NCBI GenBank assembly: GCA_000002445.1
Contig: CP000071.1
Location: forward strand, 1,408,001-1,472,000
DNA: 64,000 nucleotides
Direction: 5' to 3'
Source of the DNA: Trypanosoma brucei
Taxonomy: Eukaryota
Position numbers and translations under genes: made by a program. Within the stretch, counting starts at the first letter, position 1; every line of letters starts with the position of its first letter. Positions 52,551 through 62,366 of the stretch are shown one piece after another. Below the pieces are notes generated by a model. The model saw nothing but the letters and a program-made list of their open reading frames with translations, was not told the origin of the DNA and did no database searches.

Positions 52551-54203
52551 ATGGGATCCTGCTGCGGAGCGAACGCGATGCCAGTGGTGGATAATAGTGA
52601 GAACTCTAAACCCCAACGGAAGCGCAATGTTACGTTTTCAACGTTTCCCGCCCTCGATATTGAAGTTCACCGACCCGGGGGGGATGCGGACAGTATGCTC
52701 AGTCTAACCCGCAGAAGCAGTACTTTTCCAATGGATCAGACCATGTACACTGTTAGTGAGTTCAACGCCACCTTAGCAGACACTGTGCGCAGTTTAAATC
52801 TAACTCCCCGGGATGATGTTGGTCGAAGCCTGGTGACGAACGGTCTGGATGAGGTTAGTGAGCGAGACGTTGACAGCTTCGTAGATGACGTTCTTCATAT
52901 AGGTCTGTTAGATTCACTTGTTACGGTTGAGGAGCGCGTCGGCAACGGTTACGGCCTTGGCAGCAGGTGCCTATCTCCCTCTGGGGGACTCGGAGGACCT
53001 GTGTGGCTTTCGAAGGAGCAGTTGCAGTACTTAGAGAGAGCTCCGGACACTTCAGAGCGACTTGCTCGTCTAGCAGAGCTTGAAGAAATGTCGCGCCAAG
53101 AGATTTTTGCGGCGTGGTTGATGAATTCTACCCTCCTGAAGATGGGGGCGGCACGGGTTATACCAACAATCCGGCGTTGCCGAGCGGCGAATGAGAAGGC
53201 GTCTAAGAATAGAGATGTCATCGTTATCCACGCCAAAGACATTAACGTGCGTGCTAACGACGATCCAGGCCTAGAGAGAAACTGGAACTCGCCCCGATTT
53301 GAGGCTCTTGGCCACACTGGCTCCTTTTCGCCTCCTGATGAGTCCGGTGTGGATGAACCGTCACCCGAAGTAACGGAGCATTACCAGATATTGGCGTTGA
53401 CGGGACGCGCCGTCAACGTAAAGAACAAGGTTCGTTCGCACATCGTATCGGATACGTGGGATTTCCTGTCGAGATGCGAAGCCTCCGAGGTTCTTAACAA
53501 GGGCGATGTGTTTTTTAGGTTCGTCTGTAGTCCGATTACGAACTTAAGTGAAGATAGTCTCAAAATTATCGACACCTTGATAAACCTGTCCAGCTTCAGA
53601 GATGAGTTGGGGGAGAACAACGTGCCAAGAGTAGATGTCTATTCTAATGAAGAGCAACGGAAATACGTCTCTATTTTGGTGAAAACGATGAATTTGTTAC
53701 CAGGTGTGTCTATTTCCAGCATAACACCCGAACTTGTTGCAAGCCTTGACTATCAGCGTAGCTGTCAGCCTGGTGAAAATAAGTTTGAACCGAGCGATGA
53801 CCCACACACTTTTAGGCAGGTCAAGACCTTGATTAGGTTTATATATAGTATAACCATTCAAATGAAGGTAAGCGAAATAACAGATTCCAACGTGCTCCTT
53901 AATCTCAAGGAGATTGATGGCATGGTTCCCGCCAAAGCGTTGATGCTGGAGCGAACAAAAAAAAACATAATGTCATCCGACTCCACGGTGAAGGTTCGTT
54001 CTTTTCTGCTGTATTATCCTGTGAATGAGGGCGTGCTCGTTAATAACCAAACCATTGTTATAAACAAGTCTCTCCCTCGTGTCGCTTCGAAGCTTCTCCA
54101 GACGTTTGGTTCCCAAGGCGCCTCGGATGCAGTGAAAACGGCTGTGCAAACACGAAATTACTTCTTTAATCGCTTCGGGGATGGCAGGACGGGGGGAATT
54201 TGA
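52551..54203 (+). CDS. Hypothetical protein (~550 aa) whose N-terminus MGSCCG is a candidate N-myristoylation plus palmitoylation site.
   Basis: The listed start at 52548 is TTG; the first ATG at 52551 gives MGSCCGANAMP. No other domain recognised. Confidence 0.6.
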   Translation: MGSCCGANAMPVVDNSENSKPQRKRNVTFSTFPALDIEVHRPGGDADSMLSLTRRSSTFPMDQTMYTVSEFNATLADTVRSLNLTPRDDVGRSLVTNGLDEVSERDVDSFVDDVLHIGLLDSLVTVEERVGNGYGLGSRCLSPSGGLGGPVWLSKEQLQYLERAPDTSERLARLAELEEMSRQEIFAAWLMNSTLLKMGAARVIPTIRRCRAANEKASKNRDVIVIHAKDINVRANDDPGLERNWNSPRFEALGHTGSFSPPDESGVDEPSPEVTEHYQILALTGRAVNVKNKVRSHIVSDTWDFLSRCEASEVLNKGDVFFRFVCSPITNLSEDSLKIIDTLINLSSFRDELGENNVPRVDVYSNEEQRKYVSILVKTMNLLPGVSISSITPELVASLDYQRSCQPGENKFEPSDDPHTFRQVKTLIRFIYSITIQMKVSEITDSNVLLNLKEIDGMVPAKALMLERTKKNIMSSDSTVKVRSFLLYYPVNEGVLVNNQTIVINKSLPRVASKLLQTFGSQGASDAVKTAVQTRNYFFNRFGDGRTGGI

Positions 54204-54595
54204 TTGTTATATTATTATTATTATTTTTTTTTTTTTTTGGTACCCCCTTCATTCCCTCCAATTTTTTTTGTGTGTGTGCATAGACGTCTGATATTGTGCC
54301 AATGCAACCAGCTGATGGATGTAGCTCGCGGTACATACTTTGCGTGCACCGTGGTGGTGCCGCTACATGTAAGCAGAGGAATGGAGCGATGAGAAAACAA
54401 GCGAGCGAAGAAAAGGTAGAGGGCTATAGGTTATAGGAGTGGGGCAGATAATTCGTTATATTTATTTTTTGTTGTCAATATTGTTGTCTTTCTTTAGCGC
54501 TGTTGTGGATGCGTGGGTGGCTTCGGTCTTGTTGCTGATGGGTCCGAATGTGTTGTGCACGTTCTTACACATCCAATTGTTCTTTCGCTACGTAT

Positions 54596-54598
<3 letters not shown>

Positions 54599-54640
<42 letters not shown>
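54599..54640. repeat. (CA)21 microsatellite in intergenic sequence.
   Basis: Read directly from the sequence. Confidence 0.95.
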
Positions 54641-54643
<3 letters not shown>

Positions 54644-55203
54644 ACATGTATGTATGCATGCATTCCTCCTTGCAGTACCTGAAGTCAGAGAATGTAACGA
54701 GTATACTGAATGAGGACCGTAAGGAAGGGGGTTAGGGGAGAAAGAATGGAGAAGCTTGAAGTTTGTACTCGCGTTGCGTGTTCATGCCGACGGGATGTGA
54801 ATGAGCACAATGCCGAGAGTTATTCGGATGCTACCGGCTATCATGAATCGGGGCCGTCGGTGGAGAATTAATTTCATGATGCTCACACGCTCGACTACGT
54901 GGTGGTAAGTGGTGGATGTGGAAGGAGTGCCCTTTGTGGTGTTTGGAGAACTTCACACCCTTCCCCTTCCTTCCTTCCGTTTATCTCACTATTACTTATC
55001 CATTGTTTGTGGTTTCATAGTTTCGCCTTTCAAAATATATTAAAGAATAGCAGGCTGACGGCTTGTGCTTCATATCCCTTTGGGATGCTCTTCGCTCTCC
55101 CCCCCTGTCGTCACTTGTCTTGACCCTCTCTTTCTACCACCCAAAAGCCCTGCGATTGCTTTTTGTACCGGTCTCCGACTCAGTCTGCTGAGACTACAGT
55201 TGC

Positions 55204-55258
55204 TGTCCGTTCTCAGGTGTCCTTTCATTCCCCTTTTGCACGTCTTTTTTTTTTTTTT
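55204..55258 (+). promoter_or_regulatory. Poly-pyrimidine tract (including T14), a likely trans-splicing/polyadenylation signal upstream of the kinesin gene.
   Basis: Sequence tcctttcattccccttttgcacgtcttttttttttttt, followed by AG dinucleotides, lies ~270 nt upstream of the ATG at 55533. Confidence 0.5.
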
Positions 55259-55532
55259 AGCTAGCCGTCAAGTGGCGCAGTTTATTTACCGAGCAGTGCC
55301 CATTCTTCGTTGGCGTGCTGTGCAGGTCCACGCCCCACATCGTTCGAAGGCAAGGGGAGTGGAGTAGCGAAGAAGGAGCGGAAGAACACGAAAGAAAGGG
55401 CTTCACACACCTCATTGGAAATTTACTTCGGGGTGCTGTTTTCCCCGTCTTTACCTACCGACCACAAGTTTCCCTGCCAAATCTGGCCGCTGTGAGTGGA
55501 GAGAGCGATAAATTTTTGCTTTCTGAGGGATC

Positions 55533-58500
55533 ATGGAGTACAAGCGATGCAACTCAAGCCGCACGACGGCGAGCATCAGTCGATCTCCTCAGCTACGCAC
55601 ATCTGCCACGTCAACACCAGTGCGCAGCGCGACACCAATGCGTACCCCTACATCGGCACGGAGTGGTGCTTCGAGCGCGCGCCGTACCTTGACGGGTACA
55701 GGTACAGGGAGCGGAGCATTGAGAAGCGTAGGCTTGGATGGCGCCTCCCCGAGGGCGAAAGGACCTGGTTTACCACGACCCATTGCCTATAAACGTAGCG
55801 GGACAGCTACCAGCGGCGGTCAAGTGGACAGCGGCAACGATATGAGCATGGTTAGCAGCAGGAGTGCAATCGGCGACAGCCCCAAAGGAAAGCGCGGGGC
55901 GCACAAGCCCGCAGTGGCAAAAACCGGCGGAAACGGACGTGTCAACGTCTATGCTCGAGTGCGTGCCTTCTCTCCAGCTGAAACAGCGGATAATCAGCAT
56001 TCGGCGGTGCATCTGAGTGACAACAAGGTGGAGGTTGTTGTGTCCCCCAAGAGCGTTTACACTTTCATGCTTGACGGGTGCTTTTCGAGCACTGGTTCCC
56101 CGTCGGATGAGGGCTTCGCATCACAGAGCAGTGTTTTCGATGCCATTGGCCGGCCACTGGCTGAGAACGCTCTAGCAGGTTACAACGCCGCAATTATGGT
56201 TTACGGACAAACTGGAAGCGGCAAGACGTACACGATGTTCGGCCCTCCAAAATCGTTGGGGACGGAGGAGCAGGGCCTTGTGCCACGAGTGTGTAATATG
56301 ATCTTTGAGCGGGCTGATGCTTGCTTGCAGAAGGGCATCACATGCCGTGTGTGCGTGTCTATGCTTGAAGTGTATCTGGAAGACGTGTTTGATCTGTTCA
56401 GCAACCGCAAACAAGTGACAGTGCGGAAGGACTATTTGGACAATTCCTTTCATGTTGTTGGGGCTAAGTCCATCCCTGTGAGGCAGTATAAGGATGTTGA
56501 AGAACTGTTGCAAAGGGCGGAGGCACTTCGAACATTTGCTGCGACCGCCATTCACGCTCGCTCCTCTCGTGCGCACGCACTGTTTCAACTAGAGTTGTAC
56601 ACTACCTTCGAGTCGACAGACATCGCGCCTCGTACGGCTAAGATTCTTCTGGCCGACCTTGCTGGGTGCGAGCGTATTAAACTTGCCCAAACAGAGACAG
56701 GCATTCCCTTTGAGGAGGCTCGGAACATCAATCTTTCGCTACTTTCATTGGGTTCGTGCATTGAGGCTGTTACCATGCGTAAGGGATCAAGTCAAAACAT
56801 TCCTGAGTTCCGTAATAGTACTCTCACTAAGTTGTTGAAGGAATACTTGGGTGGAAACAGCGTGTCTTCTATCGTTGTAACCGTTGGACCCAGCGTGCGC
56901 GATGCTCGTCTCAGCGTGCAATCGCTTCGATTCGCTGACCGTGCCATGAAGGTCGTGACTCATGCTAAGATAAACACAGTGAAACCCATTACCGAGCTTG
57001 ATGATGCAGATGGTTCCGAAGACAAGGTGCGTGAGGCTTATAACAAAAAGAAAGAGGCATTACAGGTCGAGTTTCAGGTGCAGAGCGAGTTGCAGAAGCT
57101 GCAGAATAAGATCACAATTTTGGAGTGTCAGCTAATGAACTCTGTGGATGACGAAGTTGTCGCTCGACTCCAGGAGGAAATATCTACCTATCAGAAGTCG
57201 CTTGCTGATGCTGACTTAGAGCTGCAGCAGCAGCGTCGTGTATTGTATGACAGTGAGGTGATGCTAGAGGAGCAACTAAAGGAACTGAACACGAGGATGC
57301 AAGAAATGATAGAGGAAAACGAAGAGGCAACAGAAAACCTCTTGGCCGAATGTCGAAAAAAACACACGGAGCGGCTTGAGGTAGAACAAAAGCGGCACGA
57401 AGAGGAGGTGGATGTCCTTTTAAAGAGTCACGAATTCGAATTGGAGAGAATCAACCAGCTTCTTCAAGATTCTGACACGAAATGTGCCGAACTCACGACC
57501 ACCTTGTTCAAAACTAAAGAGGATCTTCGCAAAACAGACGGTCTGGTAGATGAAATGCAGATGGCACTTGAAGAGCTTGGGGACGCATCAAAGGCAACCG
57601 AGACTGAGCTTTACGGCTATGTCGAGCAGCTTCGCAGTGAAAACAGTCGATTAAGCACCGCAATAGACACTCTCCGCCAACAGTTGAAAGAATCTGAAGC
57701 ATCCGTTGAAGATCGTGACAATCGTCTAAAGGAACATGAGGAATCATTGGATACCCTCCGCCAACAGTTGAAAGAATCTGAAGCATCCGTTGAAGATCGT
57801 GACAATCGTCTAAAGGAACATGAGGAATCATTGAATACCCTCCGCCAACAGTTGAAAGAATCTGAAGCATCCGTTGAAGATCGTGACAATCGTCTAAAGG
57901 AACATGAGACATCATTGGATACCCTCCGCCAACAGTTGAAAGAATCTGAAGCATCCGTTGAAGATCGTGACAATCGTCTAAAGGAACATGAGGAATCATT
58001 GAATACCCTCCGCCAACAGTTGAAAGAATCTGAAGCATCCGTTGAAGATCGTGACAATCGTCTAAAGGAACATGAGACATCATTGGATACCCTCCGCCAA
58101 CAGTTGAAAGAATCTGAAGCATCCGTTGAAGATCGTGACAATCGTCTAAAGGAACATGAGACATCATTGAATACCCTCCGCCAACAGTTGAAAGAATCTG
58201 AAGCATCCGTTGAAGATCGTGACAATCGTCTAAAGGAACATGAGGAATCATTGAATACCCTCCGCCAACAGTTGAAAGAATCTGAAGCATCCGTTGAAAA
58301 TCGTGACAATCGTCTAAAGGAACATGAGGAATCATTGAATACCCTCCGCCAACAGTTGAAAGAATCTGAAGCATCCGTTGAAGATCGTGACAATCGTCTA
58401 AAGGAACATGAGGAATCATTGAATACCCTCCGCCAACAGTTGAAAGAATCTGAAGCATCCGTTGAAGATCGTGACAATCGTCTAAAGGAACATGAGGAAT

Positions 58501-59903
58501 CATTGAATACCCTCCGCCAACAGTTGAAAGAATCTGAAGCATCCGTTGAAGATCGTGACAATCGTCTAAAGGAACATGAGGAATCATTGAATACCCTCCG
58601 CCAACAGTTGAAAGAATCTGAAGCATCCGTTGAAGATCGTGACAATCGTCTAAAGGAACATGAGACATCATTGAATACCCTCCGCCAACAGTTGAAAGAA
58701 TCTGAAGCATCCGTTGAAGATCGTGACAATCGTCTAAAGGAACATGAGACATCATTGGATACCCTCCGCCAACAGTTGAAAGAATCTGAAGCATCCGTTG
58801 AAGATCGTGACAATCGTCTAAAGGAACATGAGGAATCATTGGATACCCTCCGCCAACAGTTGAAAGAATCTGAAGCATCCGTTGAAGATCGTGACAATCG
58901 TCTAAAGGAACATGAGGAATCATTGAATACCCTCCGCCAACAGTTGAAAGAATCTGAAGCATCCGTTGAAGATCGTGACAATCGTCTAAAGGAACATGAG
59001 GAATCATTGGATACCCTCCGCCAACAGTTGAAAGAATCTGAAGCATCCGTTGAAGATCGTGACAATCGTCTAAAGGAACATGAGACATCATTGGATACCC
59101 TCCGCCAACAGTTGAAAGAATCTGAAGCATCCGTTGAAGATCGTGACAATCGTCTAAAGGAACATGAGGAATCATTGAATACCCTCCGCCAACAGTTGAA
59201 AGAATCTGAAGCATCCGTTGAAGATCGTGACAATCGTCTAAAGGAACATGAGACATCATTGGATACCCTCCGCCAACAGTTGAAAGAATCTGAGACAACA
59301 GTGGTGGTTTTGACCGCTGACTTGAAGCAACTGGAGGAGGAAATGTTTATTGACCAAGCGGACCTGAAAGAAAGAATCGCTTTTCTCGAGGTTGAGTTGA
59401 AAAGGTGCGAAGAAAAGGGGGCTTATTATAGTGCACTGGTTGATGAAATGCAAGCGGAGTTGCATTGCGCCAATGAACGGGTTGCTGCAATGTCTGACCA
59501 AGTTCAAAATATGGAAGTGCGAGTTTTTGATGTGTGTGGATATATGTTTGAGGCTTTTAGCGTGAAATGCCAAGATACTGTTTCTGCTTTTGCTTCCTTT
59601 ACCAAAGGTGTCACGGAGGACCTTACCAAAGGTACCACTGAGCGACTTAGGCTTTTGGCTGAGGTGGTTGAATTACGGTCGTCCACAGTCGCAAGGAAGG
59701 CGGCAACCCAAAGACGTGCGTCTGCGGTTTCGTCTTTAGTACAGTCTGCGCAGGAAATTCTCTCAAAAATCGCGGACGAGGTTGAGGACGCCGATAATTT
59801 TTCCGATCGATCAGCTGTGGTGGCTTCATTTGTAAATTCTCCAAAGGAATCCTGGGGTGCGGACTTATCTCCTCGCTTTACTGAGGAGTCTCTGACCTGC
59901 TAG
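55533..59903 (+). CDS. Kinesin-like protein, 1456 aa. It has an N-terminal S/T/R-rich extension, a motor domain, a coiled-coil stalk containing ~20 tandem 28-aa repeats, and a C-terminal tail.
   Basis: Motor motifs GQTGSGKTYTMFG, SSRAHALFQL and LADLAGCER are present. The repeat is TLRQQLKESEASVEDRDNRLKEHEESL[D/N]. ATG confirmed. Confidence 0.88.
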   Translation: MEYKRCNSSRTTASISRSPQLRTSATSTPVRSATPMRTPTSARSGASSARRTLTGTGTGSGALRSVGLDGASPRAKGPGLPRPIAYKRSGTATSGGQVDSGNDMSMVSSRSAIGDSPKGKRGAHKPAVAKTGGNGRVNVYARVRAFSPAETADNQHSAVHLSDNKVEVVVSPKSVYTFMLDGCFSSTGSPSDEGFASQSSVFDAIGRPLAENALAGYNAAIMVYGQTGSGKTYTMFGPPKSLGTEEQGLVPRVCNMIFERADACLQKGITCRVCVSMLEVYLEDVFDLFSNRKQVTVRKDYLDNSFHVVGAKSIPVRQYKDVEELLQRAEALRTFAATAIHARSSRAHALFQLELYTTFESTDIAPRTAKILLADLAGCERIKLAQTETGIPFEEARNINLSLLSLGSCIEAVTMRKGSSQNIPEFRNSTLTKLLKEYLGGNSVSSIVVTVGPSVRDARLSVQSLRFADRAMKVVTHAKINTVKPITELDDADGSEDKVREAYNKKKEALQVEFQVQSELQKLQNKITILECQLMNSVDDEVVARLQEEISTYQKSLADADLELQQQRRVLYDSEVMLEEQLKELNTRMQEMIEENEEATENLLAECRKKHTERLEVEQKRHEEEVDVLLKSHEFELERINQLLQDSDTKCAELTTTLFKTKEDLRKTDGLVDEMQMALEELGDASKATETELYGYVEQLRSENSRLSTAIDTLRQQLKESEASVEDRDNRLKEHEESLDTLRQQLKESEASVEDRDNRLKEHEESLNTLRQQLKESEASVEDRDNRLKEHETSLDTLRQQLKESEASVEDRDNRLKEHEESLNTLRQQLKESEASVEDRDNRLKEHETSLDTLRQQLKESEASVEDRDNRLKEHETSLNTLRQQLKESEASVEDRDNRLKEHEESLNTLRQQLKESEASVENRDNRLKEHEESLNTLRQQLKESEASVEDRDNRLKEHEESLNTLRQQLKESEASVEDRDNRLKEHEESLNTLRQQLKESEASVEDRDNRLKEHEESLNTLRQQLKESEASVEDRDNRLKEHETSLNTLRQQLKESEASVEDRDNRLKEHETSLDTLRQQLKESEASVEDRDNRLKEHEESLDTLRQQLKESEASVEDRDNRLKEHEESLNTLRQQLKESEASVEDRDNRLKEHEESLDTLRQQLKESEASVEDRDNRLKEHETSLDTLRQQLKESEASVEDRDNRLKEHEESLNTLRQQLKESEASVEDRDNRLKEHETSLDTLRQQLKESETTVVVLTADLKQLEEEMFIDQADLKERIAFLEVELKRCEEKGAYYSALVDEMQAELHCANERVAAMSDQVQNMEVRVFDVCGYMFEAFSVKCQDTVSAFASFTKGVTEDLTKGTTERLRLLAEVVELRSSTVARKAATQRRASAVSSLVQSAQEILSKIADEVEDADNFSDRSAVVASFVNSPKESWGADLSPRFTEESLTC
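57664..59290 (+). repeat. 84-bp (28-codon) near-perfect tandem array of about 19-20 copies inside the kinesin CDS.
   Basis: Read directly from the sequence. Copies differ mainly at D/N (gat/aat) and E/T (gag gaa / gag aca) positions, with one ENRDN variant. The array also generates the spurious antisense ORFs 57514..59298 and 57617..59233. Confidence 0.95.
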
Positions 59904-62366
59904 TTGGGAAACATACCAGCCTTCAAGTCAGGGTGGTCACTGAGTGAGTTGCTTACTTGGGAGGGAGTAATGCTGTCGTTGGATCGCTGAATGAGCCTTA
60001 TATGCAATATACCCAAGGAGGATCCTTTGCTACTTCGTTTCTGTACTGTACCTCCGCAATATTTACACACGTTTTGTCTTACCTTCGTTTTTACTTTTTA
60101 CGTGCTTTAACGAGGTTTCGGTATGGTGCAGTACGCAGTGGATTTTTTTTTGGGGGTAGTATGAAGCAGGGGAGTCAGTTGTCCCGCCGCATGGTGCTCG
60201 GTGCGAACTCCAATCGACTATTTAGTGTATGTACCTTCATGTGGTGGGTGCGGTTACAATGGTGAGGCCAAACTGCGTTAGGCAAAGGGTTCAAAAAATG
60301 GAAGGGGTGCGGCGTTTGGGAGATTGTTTTCACCATCTCCAGCGCTTAGGCCACCCCGCCACCTTTTTTGTGTAACTTTTTCTGCCGAAGACGCATCGTG
60401 GGGGAAACTCTACCGCCTCAGTGGTATCGACTACTGCGCTCCGGAGGAGGTCCTTGTGATGAACGCTTTTTGGGGGCTCAGCTCCGTCCCTCCCTATTTT
60501 CCATTTTCAGGTGTACCCATTGAGCTTTATTTTAATGCAAGTGCATGTTGAGGGAGTGTTCTTTTTTTTTTTTGTAACTCTTGTTTATTTGTAAGCTCCA
60601 CGAAGATGGATGATCGTACGATAGTGTTAACGGTGCGGTAGCATGTAGGGGAAGGATGGTGGAAAACAAAGAGGTAAAAACAAGCACCACAAATCAATGA
60701 AGTGAAAGCCATTGATAGTGAAAAGTGGCTGACACGACCCGGGTTCTTCGAATTTAACATTTATTTTTTTTTTATTTGTCTCATTCTTGTTTCCTTTGTA
60801 GATCACCTTAGCTCTCACAGAGGGTACTATTTTATCGGTATTTATTTGTAACTGGTTAGCAGTGCGTGCAGCAGACATCCTTAAGCGTAAGTACGCCTCC
60901 CTTGTATTCTTGTATCATTAATGCTGTCATTATCGTCGTATACATATTTATTACTGTTGTAATTCACGCGCACGCAGTGATAGTGCTGCGTCTTCCTTTC
61001 CCAATGTGCCACCTCAGACTGTCACCTTCGTGCACCGTTTACTGCTAGACGGCTTGACAGTGGAAGAATATGTATTGCCTTCCAGAGCCTAATATGCGAG
61101 GAAGAGCACTAAGTGCGTGTAAGAGAAAGTATCGTAAGGCATTGGGTGCGCTGCACATGCGTGTGTGAAGCCAGTAGTGATAAGAGATTTAACCCCAGGA
61201 GGGGTTACCAGCGTGAGTGTGTGGATGACAGCGTTTCCCTTGACGCGTCTTGCATTCGCTGCGTTGGTCTGTTGTTTTCTGGTTTCGGAGTATATCCAAC
61301 AAGGTCTTTGGATATCTGTCCTGTACTATTTCTCTTTCTTTGATTTTATCTGTTTATTTTTCTTTCGGTCGTATAATTCCCCCTCTTCCATGTACATCGG
61401 TTTACCGGGCTGTGTCCTTTTTATTTCGTCTCTCGGGGTGGCCCACTCGGGGGTCTCGGATTACATTAATGGTAGTTAAATGGGGTAGTTGTCCGTGTCT
61501 TACGTTTGCTTTACTCCGCCAAGTATATATATGTTTCCACGTTTGAATTCTCTCCACTTCTATTAATTTTCTCCGCATCTCTCTTCCTTGATTTTTCTTT
61601 CACTGCTGCGAGAGCATTGAAGCTCATGAGTCGCACGTTAGAATCGTAGTTGAACATAAGGCTTGCTGTTAAGGCAGCATATACGATTTTGTGGGGACCC
61701 GGGCGCTAAGATGGGATACGGGACCTCATCGGTAACACCATGGTTGAGGAAGTGCTGGGTGCCATGCGGTTGTTACCGCCGCGGGAGCCAGAGAGAGATA
61801 GAGAGGGGATTCTGGGGTGTCGGAAGGGTAGTTGTCTGCGTAGCTAACGAAGGTTTTCCCCCCTCGACCATTCTATTGTGAGTTGTTTCGCCGTGACCTC
61901 CGTTAATGGTCTACTACTCCCTGTCACAACACCATGCCTTGTCTAATCACTAACTGTGAAAAGGTGAATATCATGCAACACGTACCTGGCAGGGGGTGAG
62001 GAGACCGAGAGCTACTGTCCCACAGGTGTCACTTCATGTGGGACTAATCGAAGTTCTTTTTTTCTTTTCTGTCGAGATCACAATATTTATTTAGTTCTAT
62101 CGCTGTATTACGTCTACTGATTGCTGCGACTACTATTTCCCCTTGTTTTTGGATGTTAATTTTCACGCACATGTACATGTGTACATTACGAGTTCCACAC
62201 CGCGCATCTGAGGCGGCGTGTTATGCTGCGGCATACGACGTCCATATTTGCCCCTACGTGTCGAACCGTCGTTTGCCGGACTTACAACCACCCGGTAGCG
62301 AGTAGGAGAAAGACCGGCAACAGACAAAAGAAGGGCGTTTGCGACAATGTTCGTGACATAATCGGC

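Noticed and set aside
57514-59298. 594-aa and 538-aa minus-strand ORFs made of repeated peptides (e.g. MLQILSTVGGGY).
   Set aside because: They are antisense to the kinesin 84-bp tandem array. The repeat's periodicity happens to keep antisense frames open, so they are not independent genes.
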